In this document: positions 1 to 8,345 of the stretch, in pieces
How positions within the stretch are numbered: the stretch's first letter is position 1
Layout: the number at the start of each line of letters is the position of its first letter
Notes under the pieces: generated by a model
Database searches by the model: none
What the model was told of the DNA's origin: nothing
What the model saw: the letters and a program-made list of their open reading frames with translations, nothing else
Assembly: GCA_963754925.1 (NCBI GenBank)
Contig: CAVWHX010000011.1
Span: 96,001 to 160,000, forward strand
Direction: 5' to 3'
Length of the DNA stretch: 64,000 nucleotides
From: an uncultured delta proteobacterium
Lineage (GTDB): Bacteria > Myxococcota > B64-G9
Translations under genes and position numbers: made by a program

Positions 1-177
1 ACGTATTCAGATTGCACGGCAACGGTAACCAATAGAAAGGATGTTATTGATGATAAGGTCACACCGTGGACGATGAGTCCGAGTTATAGTTATAAGTGGA
101 GCGGCACCTGCTCGGTAACAGGTTATACCGTAACGGTGCCGGTTTCTGGCGGTACTGCCGTGCTATCGAAGCAATAG
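1..177 (+). CDS. 3' end of a gene entering the window (Thr/Ser/Cys-rich, probably secreted)
   Basis: Frame 1 is open from base 1 to TAG at 175-177 (TYSDCTATVT...WSGTCSVTGYTVTVPVSGGTAVLSKQ*). Confidence 0.55.
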   Translation, partial: TYSDCTATVTNRKDVIDDKVTPWTMSPSYSYKWSGTCSVTGYTVTVPVSGGTAVLSKQ

Positions 178-1154
178 TGGTCGTTTGCGGCCTTTGATTC
201 AGAATGGGAACAGGTCACGGTGACCATGATTGAAATCACGTGGGAATGAAGCGGGAATCAGTCCGCATCTTCATCTTCATTTATTCTTTTGTCACTGACG
301 CCAGCGAACTGCTACAGGTTGTCGAGCCGCCGCCGCACGCGTTTGGAGGATTCGGGTCGCATTCTTCGCAACCTGATTGACCTCCCATTAACGTGCAGCT
401 AAAGCAGTGTTCCCAGGTAATGGTGGCGCCCGTCGCGCTGGTGCAGTTGGTGGCATCGACGGTCATGCTCACCGTGGCCTGGAGGGTTTGCGTCTGACCT
501 GCTACGAACGGTCCGATGGTCAGGACGTTGTTCGAGAAGGTAGCCGGGACATTGGACCAACTTTCATTCTGACAGCTCCAGTGGGTGAAGCTCGCCTTGA
601 GTGAATTGGTAGTAGCATCCTTCACGATCCAGACCGTGGCCGTCGATGTTACCTCGTCGCCTGGGGTGCACCCCGAAACGCAACTTCCGTCACTGTTACA
701 GGTGTAGGTGTCGGCCGTTACGTCCCACGTTCCGACCGGACAGGCCACGTCCGAGGGGGTGGTCGTCACGAGCTGACCACCCGACGGAATAGTCGCCTGA
801 GCAAACCCGGTAGAAGAATCGACCGTGATATCGCCGAGACTCGCATTGCCGCTAAAGCTCGCTGTCTGGCCGCTGCTTTGCCCTCCGGTCGTAGTTGTGA
901 AAATGAGGGTCGCGACGCCGGCGCCGCTGGTGTCTAGGACAAAGCAGCCAAAGGGCACGCCTAGGGCGGCCAGGGATAAGCTCACGGCTCCTGAATCGTT
1001 GGCTACCGCCGCGCCGGACGCCGGGGGCGTCTTGAACGTGACGCAGTAGAGTTTGTAACCGGCGAGTGCGCTCGTAAGCGGAGATTGAAGGGCACTTTTC
1101 TGGACCGTCAAAGCGCCAGTAACCTGACCCGTGGTCAATTGTAGTGCCCCCCAT

Positions 1155-1931
1155 TTAGCAAGCCTTTTGTAAGAGAGTCTCGTGGCCAATGTGGTCCTGC
1201 TCGAATCGTACCGGTGATTGGTATCCAAGCGTTGAATGTAAATAGCTGTTGTTGTATTCATCAAGCCAGGAATTCAAGGCTTCAAAGAAAACGCTTGGAC
1301 TCTTCCACTCACGAAGCCATACCAGTTCCTCCTTCAGCGTCCGCATGAACCGTTCCGTATCGGCGTTGCCTTTGGGGTTGTTATAACTCGTAAATGATTG
1401 TCTGATTCCCATGACAGCACATGCTTCCATAAACCCCACCGAGGTGGGTTGACAGCCATTGTCAGACATCAAATGCAGTTCATGTCCCCGAACTCCATCA
1501 GGAAATTGCCGATTCACGCCCTGGTTCAATGCCGCCAGCCAATGCCAGGCCTTCGACTGAACTCCCGCATAATGCCCCGTGACCTTCTTGGAATACCAGT
1601 CGAGGACAATAACCACATAGACCCAACCAAATCCATCGATCATGACCTTGGTCATATCGATGCCCCACCATTGGTTGCACCGAACAGGGCGCGGTTTGCT
1701 GGTATGTGCTCGTCGCGTTGCTTTCAGTTTCAGATTGGGCATTACCAGAAGTTTGTGCTCTTTCATCAACCGATGAACACGCTTCTGGTTAATCTCGAAT
1801 CCATCGATGTATTTCAAATGGGCCCAGACCCGACGATACCCCCAAAAAGGATGGTCGGCCTTTATCGTACGAATCCGGCGAACCACGGGAGCGTTACGCC
1901 GGTTCACCTTTTGGTAGGGTCCGCGGCTCAT
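1155..1931 (-). CDS. IS3 transposase OrfB (DDE/rve integrase core)
   Basis: WGYRRV, WGIDMT, SDNG, NADTERFMRTLKEE, YNNSYLHSTLGY motifs; ATGA overlap with orfA. Confidence 0.92.
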   Translation of the reverse strand: MSRGPYQKVNRRNAPVVRRIRTIKADHPFWGYRRVWAHLKYIDGFEINQKRVHRLMKEHKLLVMPNLKLKATRRAHTSKPRPVRCNQWWGIDMTKVMIDGFGWVYVVIVLDWYSKKVTGHYAGVQSKAWHWLAALNQGVNRQFPDGVRGHELHLMSDNGCQPTSVGFMEACAVMGIRQSFTSYNNPKGNADTERFMRTLKEELVWLREWKSPSVFFEALNSWLDEYNNSYLHSTLGYQSPVRFEQDHIGHETLLQKAC

Positions 1932-2200
1932 TCCCACTCCTCGCTTTTTTTTAGCTCCATGGTCAGCTCACCCACCATGGCTTTCAGGCGGGCATTTTCG
2001 TTTTTCAACCGTGCGGTCTTTTCGTCTGTTTTCTCTGTCTCAAACGCGCGGGCGGCGTTGTGTAAAAATTGATTCCGCCATTGATAGTACTGAGACTGAG
2101 AAATGCCGTGCTCGCTGCACAATTCGGCGATTTGTCGTCCTCGAAGGCCTTCGAGGACGACAAGGGCTTTCTTTTCCGAGGTCCAATTCTTTCGTTTCAT
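1928..2200 (-). CDS. IS3 transposase OrfA (HTH + leucine zipper)
   Basis: KRKNWTSEKKALVVLEGL...IAELCSEHGISQSQYYQWR...LKNENARLKAMVGEL. An A8 run at 1945-1952 is a potential -1 frameshift site leading into the orfB frame. Confidence 0.88.
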   Translation of the reverse strand: MKRKNWTSEKKALVVLEGLRGRQIAELCSEHGISQSQYYQWRNQFLHNAARAFETEKTDEKTARLKNENARLKAMVGELTMELKKSEEWE

Positions 2201-2532
2201 TGGCTGCTCTCCTTGGTCCATGCAGCCACAAATACTCTCTTAGCTCAACCCAATTTCAAATGGGGGGCAGGATACAATGTCCCTGAGATGGTAATGTTGC
2301 CGGGCGAGTTCCCGTTGCTTCCGCATCCAGTTGCGATAAGCGCCGTGATCGTTACCGTTACAACTATCAAAGATAGGCTGCGCATTGATCCCTCCACAAG
2401 AAATTAAATGGTATCGAGGCCGTTCGCCTTGCGTCCCTCAAGGGCTAATTTCATATTATTTGTAACATACAAGCTAGATTTGGTCTAATTATCTAATTGA
2501 TGGGTAGTGTCTCAGTTTGAAATTTAATGCTC

Positions 2533-2561
2533 TTGGCGTTCCGCGCTGCCTATGGTATATT
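2533..2561 (+). promoter_or_regulatory. sigma70-type promoter, probably leaderless
   Basis: TTGGCG-17 bp-TATATT with TGn extension; ATG 6 nt downstream; no RBS. Confidence 0.5.
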
Positions 2562-2567
2562 CTCACC

Positions 2568-2801
2568 ATGCCTAGAGGACCGCAAGGCCAAAAGAGACCC
2601 GCCGACATTATCGGAAACGCTGTCATGGTAGCAAAGATAGCTACGGGGGAGCTTACAGATAGCAAGCCGCTTGAGGGCAAAGAGTATGCCCGCAAGGGTG
2701 GGCTAAAGGGTGGGGTTGCCAGGGCCAAGGCACTCACCAAAAAACAACGGAAAGAGATAGCTAAGAGAGCGGCAGCGGCTAGGTGGGGAGAGAAAAAGTA
2801 G
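2568..2801 (+). CDS. Small basic protein associated with IS1-like elements
   Basis: MPRGPQGQKRPADIIGNAV...GGLKGGVARAKALTKKQRKEIAKRAAAARW; lies just inside the left IR. Confidence 0.75.
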   Translation: MPRGPQGQKRPADIIGNAVMVAKIATGELTDSKPLEGKEYARKGGLKGGVARAKALTKKQRKEIAKRAAAARWGEKK

Positions 2802-2943
2802 CCAAGTTAACACTCTATTATTATCAATATGTTACATAGGATAGCGTACCCAAGCAGGCTATCAATAAATTGACCCGCCAAATGAATTCTGTTAATCTTC
2901 CTTAAAATATTGGCTGTGTGGCTTCAAAACCTGGGGAGAGTAC

Positions 2944-3738
2944 ATGAACGACCTGCCTTTTTATCGTTCCACAAGGCTTATTGGTATAACATTAATACTG
3001 TGTCTTTTGGTGGGATGTTCTGATTCCAAAAGAGAACAAGAGTGCATTGAAACACTACAAAATACCGCGAGCGATCTAAGAAAATGTCAGAGCGATTATT
3101 CTGCTGTGTTGGAAAACAGCAAAGATTTGGAATCCCGGATTAGTGATCTCACCAAAAAGATCAATGATCTCTCACAGACGGCAGATGGTTTGTGGGGAAC
3201 CGTAATCGGGTGTTCCGATGATATTTGTGCAGAACAAGCACTTCAAAGCTTTATCACTAAATACCCCACAGAGCCACGAATCTCCGAGGCCAAGAAAAGG
3301 CTTATCACTATACAGAAAAAAAGAGAAGAGGCTGAAAGAATCGCAAAATTAGATTCCGTAACAGTAAAAGAAATTGTTGCCGATCCCCAAACGTATCGTA
3401 AATCTCTTTTTTCAAGAGTGATGTGTTGTTGGGACTTTAATCTAAGTAATTATGAGTACCCAACCACGATTGCCGAAATTAATTTTAGAGCTACTAAACT
3501 CTACAATGCCTTATGCCATTGGCGTTGGAAAGAGTCGGATGATGGTAGTCCGTATGCTTCTGATATCGCCTCAAGAATTGAACTCCGTCTAACTCAAGAA
3601 CAGGCAAAACTTCTTGCTAAACACGGATCGAGTGACAATTTCGATTGTCGATATAAGATAAGAAGCACCCTATTCTTTAATGGACAAGTAGATAATGATG
3701 GTCCAGTAATGTATTTAAAGGATTTTAGTTTCGAATAA
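2944..3738 (+). CDS. Hypothetical lipoprotein with coiled-coil segment (transposon cargo)
   Basis: Signal peptide with LVG-C lipobox; GGGGAG RBS; heptad-like stretch. Confidence 0.7.
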   Translation: MNDLPFYRSTRLIGITLILCLLVGCSDSKREQECIETLQNTASDLRKCQSDYSAVLENSKDLESRISDLTKKINDLSQTADGLWGTVIGCSDDICAEQALQSFITKYPTEPRISEAKKRLITIQKKREEAERIAKLDSVTVKEIVADPQTYRKSLFSRVMCCWDFNLSNYEYPTTIAEINFRATKLYNALCHWRWKESDDGSPYASDIASRIELRLTQEQAKLLAKHGSSDNFDCRYKIRSTLFFNGQVDNDGPVMYLKDFSFE

Positions 3739-3758
3739 CTGCAATTCCTTAAACAAGC

Positions 3759-4238
3759 TTAGTCGCAAATTACAATTGAGCCATCAGGACCATTGTATGT
3801 AAGGTGCCAATACATAAGGATATCTCTTCCTATTACACAATCATAATTATTGAATGGGAATGTACAAGAAGTTATAGGAATTTCTTTGCCAGCACCCCAC
3901 CCAAAAGTAATAAGTCCGTAATACGTAGGTTGAACTTGCTCATTTTGAATGGAAAAAACTTTTTGAGTTCCTGTTTGTAGTAAACCTACTTCATTAATTA
4001 CTTTCTGTGTAGCAAGCGTACAATTCGCTCCCGTATCTATTAGAGCTTTTACAGAAATCGAAGGGGCATTTTTTCCTAGCTTCCTGAGTTGTTCCTTAAC
4101 AGCTTTTGGATGACTGAGTGTTACATCGATAAACGCTCCCGCTTGAAGTAATACTTGGGCGGGATGAACCTGAACCTGTATTTTTTTACCCTCTTTTTCT
4201 ACTTCTGTATGCCCACCATATCTCACAGGTATAATCAT
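3759..4238 (-). CDS. Retropepsin-like (clan AA) aspartic protease
   Basis: ALIDTGA catalytic motif and VIGRDIL C-terminal motif. Confidence 0.8.
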   Translation of the reverse strand: MIIPVRYGGHTEVEKEGKKIQVQVHPAQVLLQAGAFIDVTLSHPKAVKEQLRKLGKNAPSISVKALIDTGANCTLATQKVINEVGLLQTGTQKVFSIQNEQVQPTYYGLITFGWGAGKEIPITSCTFPFNNYDCVIGRDILMYWHLTYNGPDGSIVICD

Positions 4239-4474
4239 AGCACCACTTCCATGACAATATTTAGGGGTTCTCTTTCTATTATCTGGTAAACAACAAACCC
4301 AGCTTCTAGGCCGTATAGATGAACACCTTCGGCGGCTGCTTTCTCAAACGAATCATAAGAATTAATGACCTCTTGCCTATGTACCAAAACAAATTTATTT
4401 CTGTAATATTCAAGGAATCGTTTTTCGTTATTGGTAACAAATATCAAATTTGCCTCTAGTTCTTTTTTAAACAT
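4235..4474 (-). CDS. Small protein, DUF5678-like, coupled to the protease
   Basis: 79 aa, YRNKFVLVHRQEVINSYDSFEKAA pattern; AGGAG RBS; ATGA overlap with the protease gene. Confidence 0.6.
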   Translation of the reverse strand: MFKKELEANLIFVTNNEKRFLEYYRNKFVLVHRQEVINSYDSFEKAAAEGVHLYGLEAGFVVYQIIEREPLNIVMEVVL

Positions 4475-4648
4475 AACCGGTTCTCCTTTGTAGATTCAGC
4501 CCTAATCAAACCTACAGATCAAGCTAAAACAAAATAACCCGCGACGTTGCATGGAATTAAACTATTGAATTAATGGACCTAATAAGAACGCCCTCAACAA
4601 GTATCCTGTAAGTACCTATTATAGCTGCATAAAATTATATGAATATAA

Positions 4649-4680
4649 TGCTTGACACTCAAGCAATAATTTCATATACT
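4649..4680 (+). promoter_or_regulatory. Transposase promoter with overlapping palindrome
   Basis: TTGACA(4652)-17 bp-TATACT(4675); TGCTTGA-CAC-TCAAGCA inverted repeat covers the -35; ATG 6 nt after the -10. Confidence 0.7.
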
Positions 4681-4686
4681 ATAATC

Positions 4687-5535
4687 ATGAACAAGCTACC
4701 AAAAGAAAAAAGAGTTCAAATCCTGCAAATGCTTTGCGAAGGATCGTCTATGCGCTCGGTTTCGAGAATAGTTGGCGTCTCGATCAATACCGTCACCAAG
4801 CTACTTGTCGCTGCCGGTAGAGCTTGCACCGCTTACCACGAAGCCCATGTTCGTAATGTAAAGGCAAAGAAGGTACAGTGCGATGAGATATGGGCTTTCT
4901 GCTACAGCAAGGCAAAAAACACACCCGACGAAAAGAAGGCTGATGGCGCGGGAGATGTCTGGACCTGGACAGCCCTTGACGCCAACAGCAAACTAATAAT
5001 CAGCTACCTTGTTGGTAACCGTGATGCAGAGTGCGCCATGCTACTTATGGACGATTTACGGTCACGGCTTGATAACCGGGTGCAGCTTACAACGGACGGG
5101 CATAGGGCATACCTGGAAGCCGTTGAGGGCACCTTCGGTGAAGATACTGACTATGCTCAGTTGGTGAAGGTTTATGGTGAGGTTGCCGAAAACCAAAAGA
5201 GGTATTCTCCAGCAGAATGTATCGGAACCAAAAAAACTAAAGTTACTGGCAACCCTGACCCGGAGAGCATAAGCACATCTTTTGTCGAAAGGCAGAATTT
5301 GAATATTAGAATGGGTGTGCGCCGGTTCACCAGGCTTACTAATGCATTCTCAAAGAAACTTGAGAACCATTTTTACATGTTGGCCATCTACTTCATGTTC
5401 TACAACTTCGTTCGCATCCACAAAAGCCTAAAGGTCACTCCCGCCATGGCAGTGGGATTGACTGAACGGCTTTGGGATATGGAAGATATTGTTAATTTGG
5501 TAGACGAGGCGGAGAAAGATTCAAAGAAAGATTAA
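4687..5535 (+). CDS. IS1-family-like DDE transposase
   Basis: N-terminal HTH (LCEGSSMRSVSRIVGVSINTV), QCDEIW, TTDG, VERQNL, RRFTRLTNAFSKK. Confidence 0.88.
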   Translation: MNKLPKEKRVQILQMLCEGSSMRSVSRIVGVSINTVTKLLVAAGRACTAYHEAHVRNVKAKKVQCDEIWAFCYSKAKNTPDEKKADGAGDVWTWTALDANSKLIISYLVGNRDAECAMLLMDDLRSRLDNRVQLTTDGHRAYLEAVEGTFGEDTDYAQLVKVYGEVAENQKRYSPAECIGTKKTKVTGNPDPESISTSFVERQNLNIRMGVRRFTRLTNAFSKKLENHFYMLAIYFMFYNFVRIHKSLKVTPAMAVGLTERLWDMEDIVNLVDEAEKDSKKD

Positions 5536-5566
5536 AGGGCTAAATAGAAAAACGCGGATTACTTTT

Positions 5567-6022
5567 TTAAATCTTGGCTAGGACAGAATGATCGAATACC
5601 GGGTAAGTGTTCCCCATTTTAAATTTATGTTCAATCTCATCAAGTGGCATGAATTTAGCAGAACCCCAGGAAAACCCAAAAAGGGTTGCAAGATAGTTAA
5701 AAGTTGGTTCATCGGGAATGTGGTGACAAGTCTTTCCTTTTACGAGATAGTGTTTATTCCCATCCTTTAGTATCTCTACAGATTCGTTTGGACTTAATAT
5801 TGCCTTTGTGCCTGGACTAAATTTTTTGTTTTTCTTTTCATTCAGCCATAATTTCAATCTCCACAGAGAAAAAAATATGGCAATGGGTAGGACTACAATA
5901 AATGGGTTTATATGATTCAGGAATAATTTTATGGCTTCCATATTTTCCTTCAAGTATTTAAAAAAGAAAAATACTGTGATACACAATGCGAATATCTGCA
6001 ACCATTTCCAATAGTTTTTCAT
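5567..6022 (-). CDS. Hypothetical membrane protein (cargo)
   Basis: Two hydrophobic helices then a soluble domain; GGAGGT RBS. Confidence 0.65.
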   Translation of the reverse strand: MKNYWKWLQIFALCITVFFFFKYLKENMEAIKLFLNHINPFIVVLPIAIFFSLWRLKLWLNEKKNKKFSPGTKAILSPNESVEILKDGNKHYLVKGKTCHHIPDEPTFNYLATLFGFSWGSAKFMPLDEIEHKFKMGNTYPVFDHSVLAKI

Positions 6023-6351
6023 AACCCACCTCCATTGAGATGGGTTTCACTCTACCCCGAACAAATCCCTTTGTAAAAGGTACAGTTTCAAGAACAGGCT
6101 TGCCTGGAAGCCGTCTATCGACGGCCTTGCCGAATACTCGATTTTGGATAAAATTAGGAACATTAGGCCCAGAAATGGGCGAGTTAAGTAGATTATTACC
6201 CTTGAAAGGCGTGTCAAATTCAAACTGAGACACTACCAATTGATGGCAGGGAAAAGTCCAATCTTTGCGACAAGATCCTGATTCAACCCTATTTGACCTG
6301 AGAACCGAATAGGGTGATAATTATATAAAGTTACAGCTAGACTTCAGCGAA

Positions 6352-8085
6352 TCATGGTTCTCCCCACTGCAAGGTAAAGCCCTTGCCGTTTACAACTTCG
6401 GGCGCCACGTTTGGCACAGCGCGTTTCGGGATGATGAAACGCGCACTCCCGGCGTTTAAGATATCCCTTTGGATATCGATTCCGGGCATGAGCTGCATGA
6501 GTTCAAGACCGGCTGCGGTCAAGGTAAAGATGCCGACCGTGGTGACGTAAAACACTCGCTTACCGGCTTTAAGCGCTTCTTTGGCATTAAAGGTGACACG
6601 ATCCACCGTATCGACGAATTTGAGCTTACCTGGTTTCTTAAGGTATACGCAGCCATTCTTAACTTCATACCGGGCTCTATCCATCCAGGACCCCACAAAG
6701 ATGATGGTCTTGGCATATTCGACGATATCGGTGAATCCGCCCGGCCCGACAAAGTTTATCATCTTCGGTCCACGGTGGGAGACATTGACATTGCCCTGGG
6801 AGTCGACCTGCAGGAATCCCAGCACGCTGGTATCCAACCGCTTTTCATAGAGGTGGAACATCTCGGCCGTGCTTATAAGCCGCTGTGGATTGATGGCCGC
6901 GCCAAAAAGGATACCCGCCGCCGGAAGACCGCCGTAGGCCCCGCCTTCAGTGGTGAAGATGATGTCCTTATAGAGTCCGGATTCATAGAGCATGCGGGCG
7001 ACCTCCTCGCCCATGCCGATACCGATATTCACCATCGCACCGGGCTTGGTGTTTTTGACGAAGGTGTCGGCGCACATACGCGCAATGATGTCGGCCACCT
7101 TCCCCCGGTAGGGAGTGACTTCCAGAAAGGTATTGATCAGCTTCATGAGCTTTACCGCTTCGTCGTCCACCTCGAACGAGCCGGCCGTGAAATAGGGACT
7201 GAACTTTACCTGGAGCATACCGCCTACCTGTTCATTGCGCGGATTGACCACAATCGCATCGATCGCATGTGCCGGGATGGCGATTTGTTCGCTATCCTTG
7301 GGGATAATTTTGGCAACCGCCACAATCACTTTACCGCCATTGCGGCGGGCAGCCGCTGCCGCATCTTGGTAATCCAGGATCAGGGCGGCGTCCGTGAAGT
7401 AGATGTTCCCCTCGCTGTCGGCATAGGGAGCCAGAAAAAGCGCCCTCTCGATCGGGGGGATACGATATTCCAACTTTTCGCCCTTGACCTGGATAAAAGT
7501 ATTGTGCGCCCCGGGGGTAACGGCCGAACCGCCGCCGACGGCCGGATCAAGAAAGGTGCCGCGGCCGACATGGGTTTCGAGCGTATCACGACCCTGCGCC
7601 TGGGCCTCGATCAGAAACGCCAAAGCCCCTTGCGACATGGTATGGAGCTCGAGCGTATCCTCATCGGCCAGTCGCAAAAGCGCCTTGGCGGTTTCACCGT
7701 GCCCGACGATGTAGCGGCTGATGATCCCGGGCACGCCAAGCTCTTCGATCGTCCCGGGAATCTTTCCGCGGCCGCCCTGCGGACAAGCGCCGATCACGGT
7801 CAAATTGCGGGGATGGCCGCTGCGGTCGAAGGCGTCGCGCAACGCCCAGTAGAATATCGAAGCGCGGCCGATGGAGGTAAACCCGCCTATGGTGAGGGTC
7901 GCCCCATCAGGGATCATGTCTGCCGCCCGGCGGGCGCTGACGAACGTGGGCCCGAGCCCATTCGGGACATAATCCAAGTCGCGCCTGGTCCAGGTCAGCC
8001 GAAAATGAAGAAGTTGTGCGATGGTGCTGAACATTTTAACAATATTCACATCCCTGAGGGCCCTGAGGTTTCTTATAACGCCCAT
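6352..8085 (-). CDS. Family I CoA-transferase, fused alpha/beta (propionate/acetate CoA-transferase-like)
   Basis: VGRGTFLDP, ADSEGNI, VNIGIG, TEGG (catalytic Glu), QVDSQGNVNVS, GPGGFTDI; start chosen by GGAGA RBS. Confidence 0.88.
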   Translation of the reverse strand: MGVIRNLRALRDVNIVKMFSTIAQLLHFRLTWTRRDLDYVPNGLGPTFVSARRAADMIPDGATLTIGGFTSIGRASIFYWALRDAFDRSGHPRNLTVIGACPQGGRGKIPGTIEELGVPGIISRYIVGHGETAKALLRLADEDTLELHTMSQGALAFLIEAQAQGRDTLETHVGRGTFLDPAVGGGSAVTPGAHNTFIQVKGEKLEYRIPPIERALFLAPYADSEGNIYFTDAALILDYQDAAAAARRNGGKVIVAVAKIIPKDSEQIAIPAHAIDAIVVNPRNEQVGGMLQVKFSPYFTAGSFEVDDEAVKLMKLINTFLEVTPYRGKVADIIARMCADTFVKNTKPGAMVNIGIGMGEEVARMLYESGLYKDIIFTTEGGAYGGLPAAGILFGAAINPQRLISTAEMFHLYEKRLDTSVLGFLQVDSQGNVNVSHRGPKMINFVGPGGFTDIVEYAKTIIFVGSWMDRARYEVKNGCVYLKKPGKLKFVDTVDRVTFNAKEALKAGKRVFYVTTVGIFTLTAAGLELMQLMPGIDIQRDILNAGSARFIIPKRAVPNVAPEVVNGKGFTLQWGEP

Positions 8086-8174
8086 TATTTCTCCCGTTGC
8101 TCTGCCAGATTCCGGCACTCCGTGTAACAGTTTTAGCCCGACACTTCAAGGTGAATTCCCGCCTCAACCTGCGA

Positions 8175-8295
8175 AGTTTTTATCAGAACTCGGCAGGTGG
8201 GGGGCCATGGTCGTGGTCAACGACCTCGGTGCGGCCTTCGACGGGTCTGGTAACAGCACAAAGGCGGTGGACAAGATTGTCGCGATGGAAAACAA
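8175..8295 (+). pseudogene. Fragment of a short-chain dehydrogenase
   Basis: ELGRWGAMVVVNDLGAAFDGSGNSTKAVDKIV matches the 'GAKVVVNDLG' segment of MFE-2-type SDRs; no start and no catalytic part. Confidence 0.55.
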
Positions 8296-8345
8296 GAAAA
8301 CGCTGGGCTCAGTCCAGGAAAGCTTCGGATACCTTTCAACGCTGT

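Larger units (their letters stand above)
1140..2276 (-). mobile_element. IS3-family insertion sequence (1137 bp)
   Basis: TG...CA ends with imperfect IRs (TGTAGTGCCCCCCATTT / TGTATCCTGCCCCCCATTT), AT on both flanks, orfA+orfB layout. Confidence 0.9.
281..2385 (-). pseudogene. Cys/Thr-rich lipoprotein (~321 aa) interrupted by an IS3-family element
   Basis: ATG at 2385 with GGAGG RBS gives MRSLSLIVVTVTITALIATG-C (lipobox) ...NITISGTL. Removing 1140-2276 and one AT copy rejoins it in frame to TTGQVTG...VTKE* (stop at 281). Confidence 0.85.
2503..6237 (+). mobile_element. IS1-like cargo-carrying transposon (3735 bp)
   Basis: 19-bp perfect terminal IR GGTAGTGTCTCAGTTTGAA; 8-bp direct repeat AATTGATG at 2495-2502 and 6238-6245; internal DDE transposase. 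Confidence 0.9.

Noticed and set aside
1140..1264. N-terminus of the listed 327-aa ORF (281..1264)
   Set aside because: This is IS3 sequence read in another frame; the true N-terminus is at 2277-2385
6469..8127. 552-aa plus-strand ORF
   Set aside because: Antisense shadow of the CoA-transferase; no recognisable motifs
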